A stretch of DNA of 64,000 bases from the NCBI GenBank assembly GCA_021734995.1, contig JAIPHX010000001.1:52590-116589 (forward strand), read 5' to 3'. The DNA is from Minisyncoccota bacterium (lineage in GTDB: Bacteria; Patescibacteriota; Minisyncoccia; Phycocordibacterales; UBA9973). A model generated the notes under the pieces. That model had not been told where the DNA came from. It did not search any database and saw nothing but the letters and a program-made list of their open reading frames with translations. Positions 1 to 10,500 of the stretch are shown in pieces (positions within the stretch are counted from its first letter, which is position 1; each line of letters begins with the position of its first letter). The position numbers and the translations under genes were made by a program.

Positions 1-759
1 GAAAAAACTGTTAAAAAAGGATTTAGAGTTATTGCAACTACTTTGACAAAAAAGATGGCAGAAGACTTGTCTGTGTATTTAAAAGAAAGAAAACTAAAAG
101 CAGAGTATTTACACAGTGAGATTAAGACCATTGAAAGAATTCAAATCCTTACTAAATTTAGAAAAGGTGATTTTGATATTATTGTGGGGGTAAATCTTTT
201 GAGAGAAGGATTGGACCTACCAGAAGTCGCCCTTATTGGAATTTTAGATGCTGACAAAGAAGGGTTCTTGAGATCAGAAACTTCTTTGATTCAGACTATT
301 GGTAGAGCAGCGCGTAATTCAGAAGGGCAGGTAATACTTTATGCTGATGTTTTGACTGGTTCTATAGAAAGAGCAATAAATGAAACTACTCGCAGAAGAA
401 ATATTCAGATTGCACACAACAAAAAAAATGGTATTACTCCAAAAACTATTATCAAAAATATTAAAGATATTACAGAAGAATTGGAAAGCAATCACCAGAA
501 GACAGTAAATGCGGAGCTTTCTTTGGATGTTGAGATTTTTAAAAAGGCATATAGTAAAGAATTAAACAAAAAAGGAAGAACAGAATCAGAAGACATTAGG
601 AGATTGGCTATGTCTGATGCGGAAAGAGAGACTTTGGTTTATGAAAAAATAATCAAACTGAAAGAAAAAGAAATGAATAAAGCAGTGAAAGAATTGGACT
701 TCGAAACCGCTGCTATTTTAAGAGACGAGATTGGGGTTTTAAGAGAAAAACTAAAATAG
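1..759 (+). CDS. uvrB: Excinuclease ABC subunit B, C-terminal part. Partial: the ORF runs off the window start; frame 1 reads ...[23 protein letters not shown].
   Basis: Helicase C-terminal motifs ([37 protein letters not shown]) and a C-terminal UVR motif ([14 protein letters not shown]). The frame is open back to position 1. Confidence 0.85.
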   Translation, partial: EKTVKKGFRVIATTLTKKMAEDLSVYLKERKLKAEYLHSEIKTIERIQILTKFRKGDFDIIVGVNLLREGLDLPEVALIGILDADKEGFLRSETSLIQTIGRAARNSEGQVILYADVLTGSIERAINETTRRRNIQIAHNKKNGITPKTIIKNIKDITEELESNHQKTVNAELSLDVEIFKKAYSKELNKKGRTESEDIRRLAMSDAERETLVYEKIIKLKEKEMNKAVKELDFETAAILRDEIGVLREKLK

Positions 760-843
760 TATTTCTGTGTATTTGTGCTATGATACAGGTATATAAATAT
801 TGATACCCACCCCTATAGAATAATACGGGGTAAGATTTGCGTT

Positions 844-3435
844 ATGACAAACAAAAAACAAGAAAAAGCAATAGAAAGCATTGTGGTAAAAGGGGCTAGA
901 ACCCACAATCTTAAGAATATTTCAGTAGAAATGCCACGCAACAAAATGGTAGCAATAACAGGGGTTTCTGGTAGTGGCAAAAGCTCTCTGGCTTTTGATA
1001 CTATTTTTGCGGAAGGGCAAAGAAGATATGTAGAGTCTCTTTCTTCTTATGCTCGTCAGTTTTTAAATCAAATGCCAAAGCCAGATATAGATGAAATTAC
1101 AGGGCTTTCTCCTGCTATCTCTATTGACCAAAAATCTCGTTCCAACAATCCTCGTTCTACTGTGGCTACGATTACAGAGATATACGACTATCTTCGGGTA
1201 ATGTATGCCCGTATTGGTCATCCTCACTGTCCTACTTGTGGGGAAGAAATTAAAAAACTTTCTAACGAAGAAATTTTTAATTTTGTTTTAGAAAAAGCGA
1301 GTAGTCTCTTGAAAGAAAACAAAAACAAAAAAAGTGTTATGGGAGTTTCTTGGAATGAAACTGAAATAAATATTTTTTCTCCCGTAGTGCGGGGAAGGAA
1401 AGGGGAATACTATCAGCTTCTATACGATCTATTAGGGAAAGGTTTTTCAGAGGTGCGTCTTGATGGAAAAATGAAAAAATTGCGTGAACAAATAATTTTA
1501 TCTAAACAAAAAAAACACAACATAGATATCTTGGTAGATAGATTTTTGTTGCAAGATTTTAATACAGAAAAAGAAGGAAGTAGAATGCGTTTATCTGAAG
1601 CAATAGAAAGAGCTTTGCTTGAATCTGATGGGTTAGTAACTATTGTGATTGGAGACATAGAATTTGTGATGTCTGCAAAGTTTGCTTGTAAAAATGATGG
1701 ATTTTCTTTTCCTGAAGTAGAGCCAAGACTTTTTTCTTTTAATTCTCCATACGGAGCTTGTCCTGCTTGTAATGGTATCGGTACTAAATATTTTGGGGGA
1801 GAAGAGTTGTGTGAGTCTTGTAATGGAGCGAGACTTAGGACTGAAGCACTGAATGTTTTTTTACATTCTGATGTAAATATTCTAAAGGTATCTTCAATGT
1901 CTATCGCCGAAGCATCTGAGTTTTTTAAAAAATTAAAATTAACTGAAAAAGAAAAAGAAATTTCTTTACCCGTAGTAAAAGAAATACAAGCAAGACTTCA
2001 GTTTATGCTAGATGTTGGACTAGACTACTTACAGCTTTCTCGTAAAGCAAATACTTTGTCTGGAGGAGAAGCCCAGCGTATTAGGCTTGCTTCTCAGCTT
2101 GGCTCACGTCTAGTAGGAGCTTTGTACGTATTAGATGAGCCGACTATTGGTCTGCACCAAAGAGATAATGATAGATTGATTAAAACTCTTTTAAATCTTC
2201 GGGATTTAGGGAATACTATTTTAGTAGTAGAACATGACGAAGACACTATTTATGCCTCAGACTATATTGTAGATATTGGTCCTAAAGCAGGAGTGCATGG
2301 AGGAGAAGTGGTAGTCTCTGGGTATTTAGAAGATCTTTTGACTGCTAAAAAAAATCAAAGTGGCTCTAGGACTTTGGCATATTTGCGAGAAGAAATCCAA
2401 ATTCCAATTCCAGAGAAGAGAAGAGAGGCAAAGGGGTTTTTGAAAATAGTAGGGGGAAAGGTTTTTAATATAAAAAATTTAAATGCGGAGATACCTCTCG
2501 GAGTGATCACATCTATTACAGGTGTATCTGGCAGTGGGAAAAGCTCTTTTATGTATGAGATATTGCATAAAAATTTACAAGGAAGACTAGAAAGAAAATA
2601 TCGCACTGCTAGAATTTTTAATTGTGCTTCTTTTACAGGGACAGAATATCTTTCTAGAAATGTTTTGATTGATCAGTCGCCCATTGGTCGCACTCCTAGA
2701 TCAAACTTAGCTACATACACAGGGGCCTTTACCCATATTAGAGATTTGTTTGCTTCTACTGAGGATGCTCGTCTTCGTGGCTGGAAGGCAAATAGATTTT
2801 CTTTTAATGTAAAAGGAGGGAGGTGTGAAGCATGTGAAGGGAATGGGGAGATTGCAGTAGAGATGCACTTCTTGCCCACAGTATATGTTACCTGTGATGT
2901 GTGTAATGGAAAAAGATTTGACAAAGAGACACTGACTGTAAAATACAAAAAAAAGAATATTTATGAAATTTTGAAAATGACAGTGGAAGAAGGCCTACCT
3001 TTCTTTAAAGACATTCCTGAGATACATGATAGATTGAGTACTTTGATGGGGGTGGGGCTTGGGTATTTGGAGCTTGGGCAGACCGCTACCACTCTTTCGG
3101 GGGGAGAAGCACAAAGAGTGAAAATATCTTCTGAACTATTTCGTTCACATGCAGAAAAGACTATTTATATGCTTGATGAGCCTACTGTGGGGTTGCATTA
3201 TGATGATGTGGCAAAGTTGCTTGAAGTTTTGAATAAGCTTGTATCAAAGGGGCATACTGTAGTGTTGATTGAACACAATCTAGATGTTATCAAAAACTCG
3301 GATTATGTTTTAGATATTGGCCCTGAAGGAGGTGTTGGGGGAGGAACATTAGTAGCAAAAGGCACACCAGAAGAAGTAGCCAACAATCCAAAAAGTTATA
3401 CAGGAAAATATTTGAAGAAAGTTTTGAGAAGGTAA
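844..3435 (+). CDS. uvrA: Excinuclease ABC subunit A (863 aa, compact)
   Basis: Two ABC ATPase modules with Walker A ([14 protein letters not shown] and [10 protein letters not shown]), ABC signature (LSGGEAQR twice) and zinc-finger Cys pairs ([28 protein letters not shown]). Confidence 0.9.
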   Translation: MTNKKQEKAIESIVVKGARTHNLKNISVEMPRNKMVAITGVSGSGKSSLAFDTIFAEGQRRYVESLSSYARQFLNQMPKPDIDEITGLSPAISIDQKSRSNNPRSTVATITEIYDYLRVMYARIGHPHCPTCGEEIKKLSNEEIFNFVLEKASSLLKENKNKKSVMGVSWNETEINIFSPVVRGRKGEYYQLLYDLLGKGFSEVRLDGKMKKLREQIILSKQKKHNIDILVDRFLLQDFNTEKEGSRMRLSEAIERALLESDGLVTIVIGDIEFVMSAKFACKNDGFSFPEVEPRLFSFNSPYGACPACNGIGTKYFGGEELCESCNGARLRTEALNVFLHSDVNILKVSSMSIAEASEFFKKLKLTEKEKEISLPVVKEIQARLQFMLDVGLDYLQLSRKANTLSGGEAQRIRLASQLGSRLVGALYVLDEPTIGLHQRDNDRLIKTLLNLRDLGNTILVVEHDEDTIYASDYIVDIGPKAGVHGGEVVVSGYLEDLLTAKKNQSGSRTLAYLREEIQIPIPEKRREAKGFLKIVGGKVFNIKNLNAEIPLGVITSITGVSGSGKSSFMYEILHKNLQGRLERKYRTARIFNCASFTGTEYLSRNVLIDQSPIGRTPRSNLATYTGAFTHIRDLFASTEDARLRGWKANRFSFNVKGGRCEACEGNGEIAVEMHFLPTVYVTCDVCNGKRFDKETLTVKYKKKNIYEILKMTVEEGLPFFKDIPEIHDRLSTLMGVGLGYLELGQTATTLSGGEAQRVKISSELFRSHAEKTIYMLDEPTVGLHYDDVAKLLEVLNKLVSKGHTVVLIEHNLDVIKNSDYVLDIGPEGGVGGGTLVAKGTPEEVANNPKSYTGKYLKKVLRR

Positions 3436-3501
3436 CAACTTTTTTGGTGGACTTAAAAAACATTTTTTAAAAGATTAAAGCTGTGAAGATAGTATATAAA
3501 A

Positions 3502-4719
3502 ATGGAAAAGAAAGATTTAAAAAAATATAAGATCCCAGACAGGTCAGGAGTGTATTTCTTTTTGACAGGTAAGAAAACTTTATATATTGGTAAAGCTACT
3601 TCTTTAAAAAGCAGAGTAGCGAGCTATTTTACAGAGGATTTGATTTTTAAAAGAGGACCTTTGGTAAGTGAAATGTTGGCTAAGGCAAATAATATCAAGT
3701 GGCAAGAAACAGAAAATGTGCTGGAAGCTTTAGTGCTTGAAGCGCATTTGATTAAGAAAAATCAACCCAAGTATAATACTGAGGGGAAATCTGATAAAAG
3801 TTTCAATTATGTATGTATCACAAAAGAAGAAATTCCAAAAGTTCTTTTGGTTCGTGAAAGAAAATTAGCTTTTGAAAAAGATTTGTATAAATATTATTTT
3901 GGTCCATTTACCAACGGAGCCCAACTAAAAGAAGGAATGAAGATAGTGCGTAGAATCTTTCCGTATTTTGATGCTGTGTCACAAAAGAAATCAAATTACT
4001 CTTTCTATAAACAAATTGCTTTAGCTCCAGACACAGAAAAAGAAAATTGGCAGGAAATGTATCAAAAGAATATTCAAAACATAAAGCTTTTTTTTGAAGG
4101 TAAAAAACAAACCATTTTGAAAGATTTAGAAAAAGAAATGAAGAGGTTTGCTAAAGAAAAAAAGTTTGAATTAGCAGGAGAAGTAAAAAGACAAATTTTT
4201 GCTTTGAAGCATATAAATGATGTGGCTTTATTAAAAACTGATAATTTATATATAAATAATAATAATGATATATTTAGGATTGAAGCATATGATATTGCTC
4301 ATATGTCTGGTAAAAATATGGTAGGAGTGATGACTGTGTTGGAAAATGGACAAGCAGTCAAAAGTGAATACAGAAAGTTTATAATACGTACAAAGGTACA
4401 AGCAGATGATACAGGAGCCTTGAGTGAAGTGTTGGAAAGAAGAACAGGTCATCCAGAGTGGAGGTTTCCAGATGTGTGGGTGATGGATGGAGGGGTGGCC
4501 CAGCTTAATGTGGCAAAAAATATTTTAGGACAAAAAGGAATAAGGGGGGCTATCGTGTCGGTGATCAAAGATGAGCGACATAAACCAAAAAGTATTGGCG
4601 GAGATGCAAATATTGCTCGCAAGTATCAAAGAGAAATTTTAATGGCAAATAGTGAAGCTCATCGATATGCAATAAACTTCCACAAAGATTTAAGAAATAA
4701 AAACTTTTTAAAAAAATGA
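3502..4719 (+). CDS. uvrC: Excinuclease ABC subunit C, short form (405 aa) with GIY-YIG, UVR and C-terminal endonuclease domains; no (HhH)2 tail
   Basis: GIY-YIG motif (GVYFFLTGKKTLYIGKATSLKSRVASYF), a UVR-like helix (KEMKRFAKEKKFELAGEVKRQIFALKHI), and an RNase-H-like C-terminal region (IEAYDIAHMSGKN...VMDGGVAQLN). Confidence 0.8.
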   Translation: MEKKDLKKYKIPDRSGVYFFLTGKKTLYIGKATSLKSRVASYFTEDLIFKRGPLVSEMLAKANNIKWQETENVLEALVLEAHLIKKNQPKYNTEGKSDKSFNYVCITKEEIPKVLLVRERKLAFEKDLYKYYFGPFTNGAQLKEGMKIVRRIFPYFDAVSQKKSNYSFYKQIALAPDTEKENWQEMYQKNIQNIKLFFEGKKQTILKDLEKEMKRFAKEKKFELAGEVKRQIFALKHINDVALLKTDNLYINNNNDIFRIEAYDIAHMSGKNMVGVMTVLENGQAVKSEYRKFIIRTKVQADDTGALSEVLERRTGHPEWRFPDVWVMDGGVAQLNVAKNILGQKGIRGAIVSVIKDERHKPKSIGGDANIARKYQREILMANSEAHRYAINFHKDLRNKNFLKK

Positions 4720-5207
4720 AAAATAATAAAACACAAAATGATGAACAAGAAAATATTGTAATCGTTCACAATATACGAAGTGCTGAAAACATTGGCTCTA
4801 TTTTTCGGACCTCTGATGCTAGGGGAATCAAAAAGATATATCTAGTAGGGGTCACTCCTTTGCCAGTAGATAAGTTTGAAAGAATAAATCCTAAAATAGC
4901 AAAGACTTCTTTGGGAGCAGAAAAAAGTGTTTCTTGGGAATGGAAGAGAAACATCTTGCCGTTACTTCATAAATTAAAAAAAGAGGGATATCAACTAATT
5001 GCTATTGAACAAGATAAAAATTCTGTAAATTATAAAAAACTCAAATTGAAGAATAAAAATGCTTTTATTCTTGGTACAGAAGTGGAAGGATTGCCCAAAA
5101 ATGTGCTGTCTGCGTGTGATGTGATTGCTGAGATACCAATGCATGGTAAAAAAGAATCTTTGAATGTAGCTGTCTCTTTTGGGATTGTGGTGTTTGATAC
5201 TTTGTAA
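4716..5207 (+). CDS. SpoU/TrmH-family RNA 2'-O-methyltransferase (163 aa)
   Basis: SPOUT motifs (VHNIRSAENIGSIFRTSDARGI ... IPMHGKKESLNVAVSFGIV). Its start overlaps the uvrC stop (ATGA). Confidence 0.7.
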   Translation: MKNNKTQNDEQENIVIVHNIRSAENIGSIFRTSDARGIKKIYLVGVTPLPVDKFERINPKIAKTSLGAEKSVSWEWKRNILPLLHKLKKEGYQLIAIEQDKNSVNYKKLKLKNKNAFILGTEVEGLPKNVLSACDVIAEIPMHGKKESLNVAVSFGIVVFDTL

Positions 5208-5264
5208 TCCCGCAGGGATTTAGGTGTGTTCTTGGTGTAGGATTTTAGTTTTTCAAAAAGTAAA

Positions 5265-6203
5265 TTATTTTTGATGTAGATTACAAAAATGAGCACTTCT
5301 CCCATTTATTACTTTTCTGTGGATTATACCAGAACAATTTTTTAGTAAACATTTTTGTCCTGTGCGTCTATATGCCTTGTGGTGCATTTGGAATTTCCCA
5401 GGGAGTCCATAGATATTGCGATAATCAGACATAGAATCTCCTCCAAAGTCTATCCCTTTTTTTAATATTTTTTGCATCCATGTGTGAATGTTTTTGATTT
5501 CTGTATCAGATAATTTAGAGACTATCTTTTCTGGATGAATGTTTGCGTGAAATAAAATTTCATCAGAATATATATTGCCTACACCTACCAAGACGGATTG
5601 ATCCATCAAAACTGTTTTTATTTTCCCTGTTGGTCTTTTACTCAGACAGACTTTTAATGTTTTGGAGATAAAAGATTTTTCTAGTGGTTCTGGCCCTAGA
5701 TTTTTTAAGTGCTTGCTCTGATAAAGCTTTTCTGTTTCTAGTAAAGTTATTTTACCAAATTTTCGCATATCCGAAAAAGCTAAATGTTTTCCATTTGATA
5801 AAGAAAATACCACGTGCACAAATCTATTGAAAGGATCACTCAAAGCCCCTTCTTTTTCATAGTTGATGTTTTTGATATTTTGAGATTTGGGTATCCATTT
5901 GTTTTCATTTGGAACAAAAACATAAGTACCATACAGGAGATGCCCGGTCATTTTTAAATGTATTAAAATACTTTTTTTATTAGATAAATGAAGCAAAATA
6001 TTTTTTGCCCTCCTTTCTGCTTGAAGTATTTTAGTGTTTAAGATTTCTTTTTTAAAAAGAGGGAAGTGTCTTGGATTGGCGACGGTGTCTGCTTTTCTTT
6101 TGTCTTTTGTTTTTAAATCTGTCCAAACATCAAGGATTTTTAATCCCACTACTTCTACCCGCAATCCTTTTGTGGTTGTTTCTACTTCTGGTAATTCTGG
6201 CAT
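5265..6203 (-). CDS. mutM: Formamidopyrimidine-DNA glycosylase (Fpg/Nei family)
   Basis: N-terminal MPELPEVE with catalytic Pro2 and Glu, an H2TH region, and a C-terminal zinc finger (CLLKNCSGIIHRKVINGRSAHFCNLHQK). Confidence 0.75.
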   Translation of the reverse strand: MPELPEVETTTKGLRVEVVGLKILDVWTDLKTKDKRKADTVANPRHFPLFKKEILNTKILQAERRAKNILLHLSNKKSILIHLKMTGHLLYGTYVFVPNENKWIPKSQNIKNINYEKEGALSDPFNRFVHVVFSLSNGKHLAFSDMRKFGKITLLETEKLYQSKHLKNLGPEPLEKSFISKTLKVCLSKRPTGKIKTVLMDQSVLVGVGNIYSDEILFHANIHPEKIVSKLSDTEIKNIHTWMQKILKKGIDFGGDSMSDYRNIYGLPGKFQMHHKAYRRTGQKCLLKNCSGIIHRKVINGRSAHFCNLHQK

Positions 6204-6204
6204 G

Positions 6205-6774
6205 TTACTTACCCCCTAATATTTTTAAAGCTTTTTTAATTTTTAAATTAGTGTTGTCTTCACTTGGGATGTTTTTTAGAGCTTCTCTTGCTTCGTTTTG
6301 TCCATAACCCAAAGACTTTAATGCTTCCAGAGTATCTATCTCTTCTTGGAGGTATGCATGGTCAGGGTTGTCATCTTTCATTTTATCTCTCAATTCTAAG
6401 ACTATTTTTTCAGCTGTTTTTCTTCCAATCCCAGATACTTTAGTGAGATAAGCAGTATCTCCAGTGCTGATTGCTTTGATAAGAGTATCAGAAGAAGCGA
6501 TGGCTAGTATGCCTAGTGCGCTTTTTGGACCAATACCAGATACATTTAGAAGTAGTTCAAATATTCCCAATTCTTTTCTTTCTGGAAATCCATATAGATC
6601 TAAGGCGTCTTCTCTGGCATGAGTGTAAATCCAAAAATGAGATTCTGTATTTTTGTTTAGCAGTGGATTGTTTATAGTGAATATTTTATAGCCCACCCCA
6701 CCAGTCTCTACAATGACATATTTTTCTGCCTCAAATATTATTTTCCCTCTAATGCTTCCTATCATATAATACAT
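6205..6774 (-). CDS. ruvA: Holliday junction DNA helicase subunit RuvA
   Basis: N-terminal MIGSIRGKI...GGVGYKIF OB domain, HhH motifs (VSGIGPKSALGILA, VSGIGRKTAEKIVLEL), and a C-terminal domain III. Confidence 0.8.
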   Translation of the reverse strand: MYYMIGSIRGKIIFEAEKYVIVETGGVGYKIFTINNPLLNKNTESHFWIYTHAREDALDLYGFPERKELGIFELLLNVSGIGPKSALGILAIASSDTLIKAISTGDTAYLTKVSGIGRKTAEKIVLELRDKMKDDNPDHAYLQEEIDTLEALKSLGYGQNEAREALKNIPSEDNTNLKIKKALKILGGK

Positions 6775-6858
6775 ATTATCACATCCTTATATTTTTAGCT
6801 TTTCTGTCAGCTTGCGTGGTTTGTTGCAAATTAAATGATTTTCTGATAGATTATATCT

Positions 6859-7110
6859 ATGCCAATAACTAAATCAGCTAAAAAAGCGATTAGAGGATCC
6901 CTTCGCAAGAGGGTTTTTAATGATCACAATAAGCGTTCCGTAAAGGAAGCTATTAAGAAGGTTGAAAAGACAGCTAAGACTAGCAAAGAAGAGGCCGTAA
7001 AATTTCTTTCTTCAGCTTATGCCGCGATAGATAAAGCAGCAAAAAGAGGAGTAATAAAGAAAAATACAGCTTCTCGCAAGAAGTCCAAATTAGCTAGATC
7101 TCTAAAATAA
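6859..7110 (+). CDS. rpsT: 30S ribosomal protein S20
   Basis: MPITKSAKKAIRGSLRKRVFNDHNKRS...; typical basic S20 composition and length. Confidence 0.85.
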   Translation: MPITKSAKKAIRGSLRKRVFNDHNKRSVKEAIKKVEKTAKTSKEEAVKFLSSAYAAIDKAAKRGVIKKNTASRKKSKLARSLK

Positions 7111-7374
7111 ATGTCTCATTTATTAGAATTTTATGGTACAGAATGTCCTCATTGTGTGGACATGCATGAGCTCGTGCAAAAACTAGAAAAAGAGGAAGGA
7201 GTCAAGGTGGAAAGATTGGAAGTGTGGCACAACAAAGAAAATGAAAAAAGATTACTTGAGTTAGATAAGGATTTGTGTGGGGGAGTTCCTTTTTTATATA
7301 ACACTAAAACAGATAAATGGATTTGCGGAGAAGTAGATTATTCAGAGTTGAAAGATTGGGCAAAAGGGGAATAG
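7111..7374 (+). CDS. Small thioredoxin-fold (glutaredoxin-like) protein with a CPHC active site
   Basis: 87 aa, YGTECPHCVD redox motif, thioredoxin-fold length. It starts immediately after the rpsT stop. Confidence 0.6.
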   Translation: MSHLLEFYGTECPHCVDMHELVQKLEKEEGVKVERLEVWHNKENEKRLLELDKDLCGGVPFLYNTKTDKWICGEVDYSELKDWAKGE

Positions 7375-7402
7375 TAAAAACAAAAAAATCAAACACAAAA
7401 AA

Positions 7403-7425
7403 ACGGACTTTTGATCCGTTTTTGT
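7403..7425. terminator. Bidirectional rho-independent terminator hairpin between convergent genes
   Basis: aacggac-ttttga-tccgtt stem-loop followed by a T-run (tttttgttgtgg), with an A-run upstream. Confidence 0.5.
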
Positions 7426-7446
7426 TGTGGCACATATGTTGAAGTT

Positions 7447-7570
7447 TTAATGATTTGTCGGTGGTGGTGTTCTTCGCTCGTTGTTGTCATAGTACCCACC
7501 ATTGTTTACATGATTTGTTGGTGGAGGCATTCCATGCCCGTTGTTGTTTTCATAGTACCCACCGTTGTTC
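7447..7570. repeat. About 60-bp tandem duplication encoding the repeated cytoplasmic tail of the surface protein
   Basis: atttgt[c/t]ggtgg...catagtacccacc[a/g]ttgtt[t/c]acatg occurs twice in tandem. Confidence 0.5.
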
Positions 7571-10500
7571 ATGCGAACGTTCTGACGTTCATTTTCTTTA
7601 GACATTGCATACATTCTATTTTCAGCTGACTTTCCATACAACCATCTTACAAGGGCAATCAATAGTAGGATGATAAGGATGAATAGAAGCCATCCGATAA
7701 GAGTAGTTGGCCAAAAACCATATCCAAAGATAGAAGCAGCTCCAAGATTTATACTATTTTGTCCTTCTCTTATGATATTTCTAGAATAAGCGAAGACTTC
7801 TTCTTGGTTTTCATTATCAACAATAGTATATGAAAGGTTTGCAGTTATCACTATTGTTTTGTTTATTTCAGTAGTTTCTCTTACTCTAATTGTGACTCTG
7901 AAAGATCCTTCTTCTTGAGAGAATAGATCTCCAATATTCACAGTAAGGATATTGTCATCAGAATAGTAAGATCCGCGTGTACTTTCTAAGAATTCAAATT
8001 CTCCAGGAAGAGCAACACGAACCACCACACTTTTTAGATTTCTAGAAGATACGTTTTTGTAACGTACTACATAATCCAACACTTCACCTTGTCTAACTGA
8101 TTCTTCATCTCTGGATATATCAAGCCATACCAATGAAGCTCTTGAAGTACCAGAATATGTATTTGAAGAAGAATTACTTACTACAGTGGTATTGCTGTAT
8201 GTTGTGGTTTGACCTCCACCTGTGTAAGAAACAAAGTTACCAGTTCTAAACACTTTATAGTCTCCTCTGTAAGTCCCTGTAGAAGCAGTGACGACACCTC
8301 TGTAATAATATGTAGTATTTGGTGATAAACCACTTACTGAATCATTAAAGGCGATAGATTGCCCACTACCAATAGATTTACTTTGAGTTGTAGAACCTAG
8401 AGAATAACTTGTACCATATTCAAAGTATCCATTTAAGTTTTGAATATTTGAATAGTTGAAAGCGATAGCATTTAATCTTGCACTTGTTTGACCAACATTG
8501 GAAGCAACAATTGTAGATATTGTAATGAGATTATCACCATTGATGATTCCTCCACATGTTCCATAATAAGTACAATCATATACAGGAGGGGGAACATAAC
8601 CACCACCACCGCCACTTCCACCAGAAGATCTTGTTCTAAAGCTTAATATGTTTCCATACTTAGTGCCATTTTCAGAGTTTCTTCCTACTGCACGGAAATA
8701 GTAAGTAGTGCTGGAATTTAAGTTTGAAATACTTTCGCTAAAATTTCCAGAAACATCACTATCATCTTTCACTGTAGTTTTATTAAGAGAGTCTCTGTTT
8801 GTGCCATACTCAAACCAAGTAGTTGTGTCAATTCCAGCTGTATCTACATATCCATTTAAGACTGCAGTAGATCTTTCTATAGAGCTTGCCTCGTAAGTAG
8901 TGATATATAAATCACAATCATCATAAGTGGTGCCACATTCTTCTCCATCATTTAAAGTTCTAAAACTTCTTTCATCACCATACACCACTCTTCCATTAGT
9001 GTTTTGTGCAGCAGCTCGGAAGTAATATGTAGTGTCAGATTGTAAACCATTTAAAGTATAGCTATAATCAGTTCCGGTAGTAGATCCTATATATGTGCTA
9101 GAAGTTTCGTTGTAATAGTTTGAACCAGATTTTTTCCACTCAAACCATCCTTTTGTATCTGTCCCATAATTGGAGTTTACAAAACCTCTTAATGTCCCAG
9201 AGTCTGAATCAATATTTGCAGCAGAGTTTGTGGTTACTAAAGGATTTGTGTTTGTCGCTGAAGTAACTGTAATTGTAAGATCTTCTGAGTCTGTAGAACC
9301 GTTGTTTCCATAACAAGTGATTCTGAAAAGAGTTGTTGCGCTTATTGTTCCAACATAAGTAGATCCAGAAACAGGTTTTTCTATATTAGATGTCCAGTTT
9401 GTCCCACTTCCCAAAGAAGAGATACAGTAGTTTCCATTTTCAGCTGTCCAACTAATAGTAGAATATCCACTTCCATTTGTTAGAACAGAAGGAGAAGCTG
9501 TAAACGTTGTAATGTTTACTCCTTGAGGATTGGGGTCATTCATTGCTTCACAATATGTTCCGTTCCAAGTTGTAGCAGAGGCACAAGAAGCACTAGCTTC
9601 TTTTCTATCAAGAAGATCTGTTCCATTTCTTAATTCAAATAAATTTACCCCTTCATTGATATTTACTTCCAGCCCTCTAGTATTGGAAATTGTTTGAGCT
9701 AATTTTGTTTCTATCCCTTTATATTTTTTGAAAACCCCAGGATTAGAAGCATTGCTTGTACTCCATTTTAGAATTACTTCGCAGGCATTTTGGTCTTTTG
9801 GAATGATACAGCTATTTGTATCAATGTTTAATACACCAGAAGCGACTTGAGTGTTATAGTTTGCTTGGATTGTTCTTGAAGCTGTAGCAGTATCTCCATT
9901 TACCCCCATACATTTTATACTGTATGTAGTATTTGTAGATAAATGTCCTGTATCAAAAGGATTTGATCCGCTGTTTGTTCCAATGTTTAAGTTTCTCCAA
10001 GTAGTAGTTCCTTCTCTTGCTTCACAAGATATTGCATTGGAAGATGTCCATCTTATATATGTAGGAGCTTGAATGCTGTCTGAAGTAAGATTTACAGAGA
10101 CTAGAGGAGTGCTATTTATTGTACAGACACTTCCGTTCCAGTTTGAATTCCCTGCACAGCTTGCAGTGGCAGTTTTAGATGATAGGGTAGTATTGTTGTG
10201 CTTTAATGTAAAGGTAGTATTTGGATAAGAGACTTTAGTGCTTACATAATTACCACTTAAAGAGTTTGAAATATTTCCATATTTATCACTAGTAACACTT
10301 ATTCCTGAATTTGCATTTTGAGTACTCCAGTTGATAGAGATATTACAGAAGCTAGAGTTTGTAGGAATGATACAGCTTGATTGATTTAGAGTTAGATTAC
10401 CTGTAACCACTAATGTAGGAGGAGGGGTTGAATTTACTCTTACTGTAACGCTAGCTACTTGAGAAGCACTTCCAGGAGTATTTGTGTCTTCGCATCTAAT

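Noticed and set aside
1413-2948. Short minus-strand ORFs (1413..1658, 2355..2606, 2673..2948) within uvrA, and similar 60-120-aa antisense or alternate-frame ORFs inside uvrC, the P-type ATPase, the surface protein, PyrF-PyrE, the Cys-rich genes, EF-G, EF-Tu and others
   Set aside because: They are fully contained within well-supported long genes on the other strand or frame, with low-complexity Leu/Phe/Ile-rich translations typical of AT-rich antisense sequence and no motifs.
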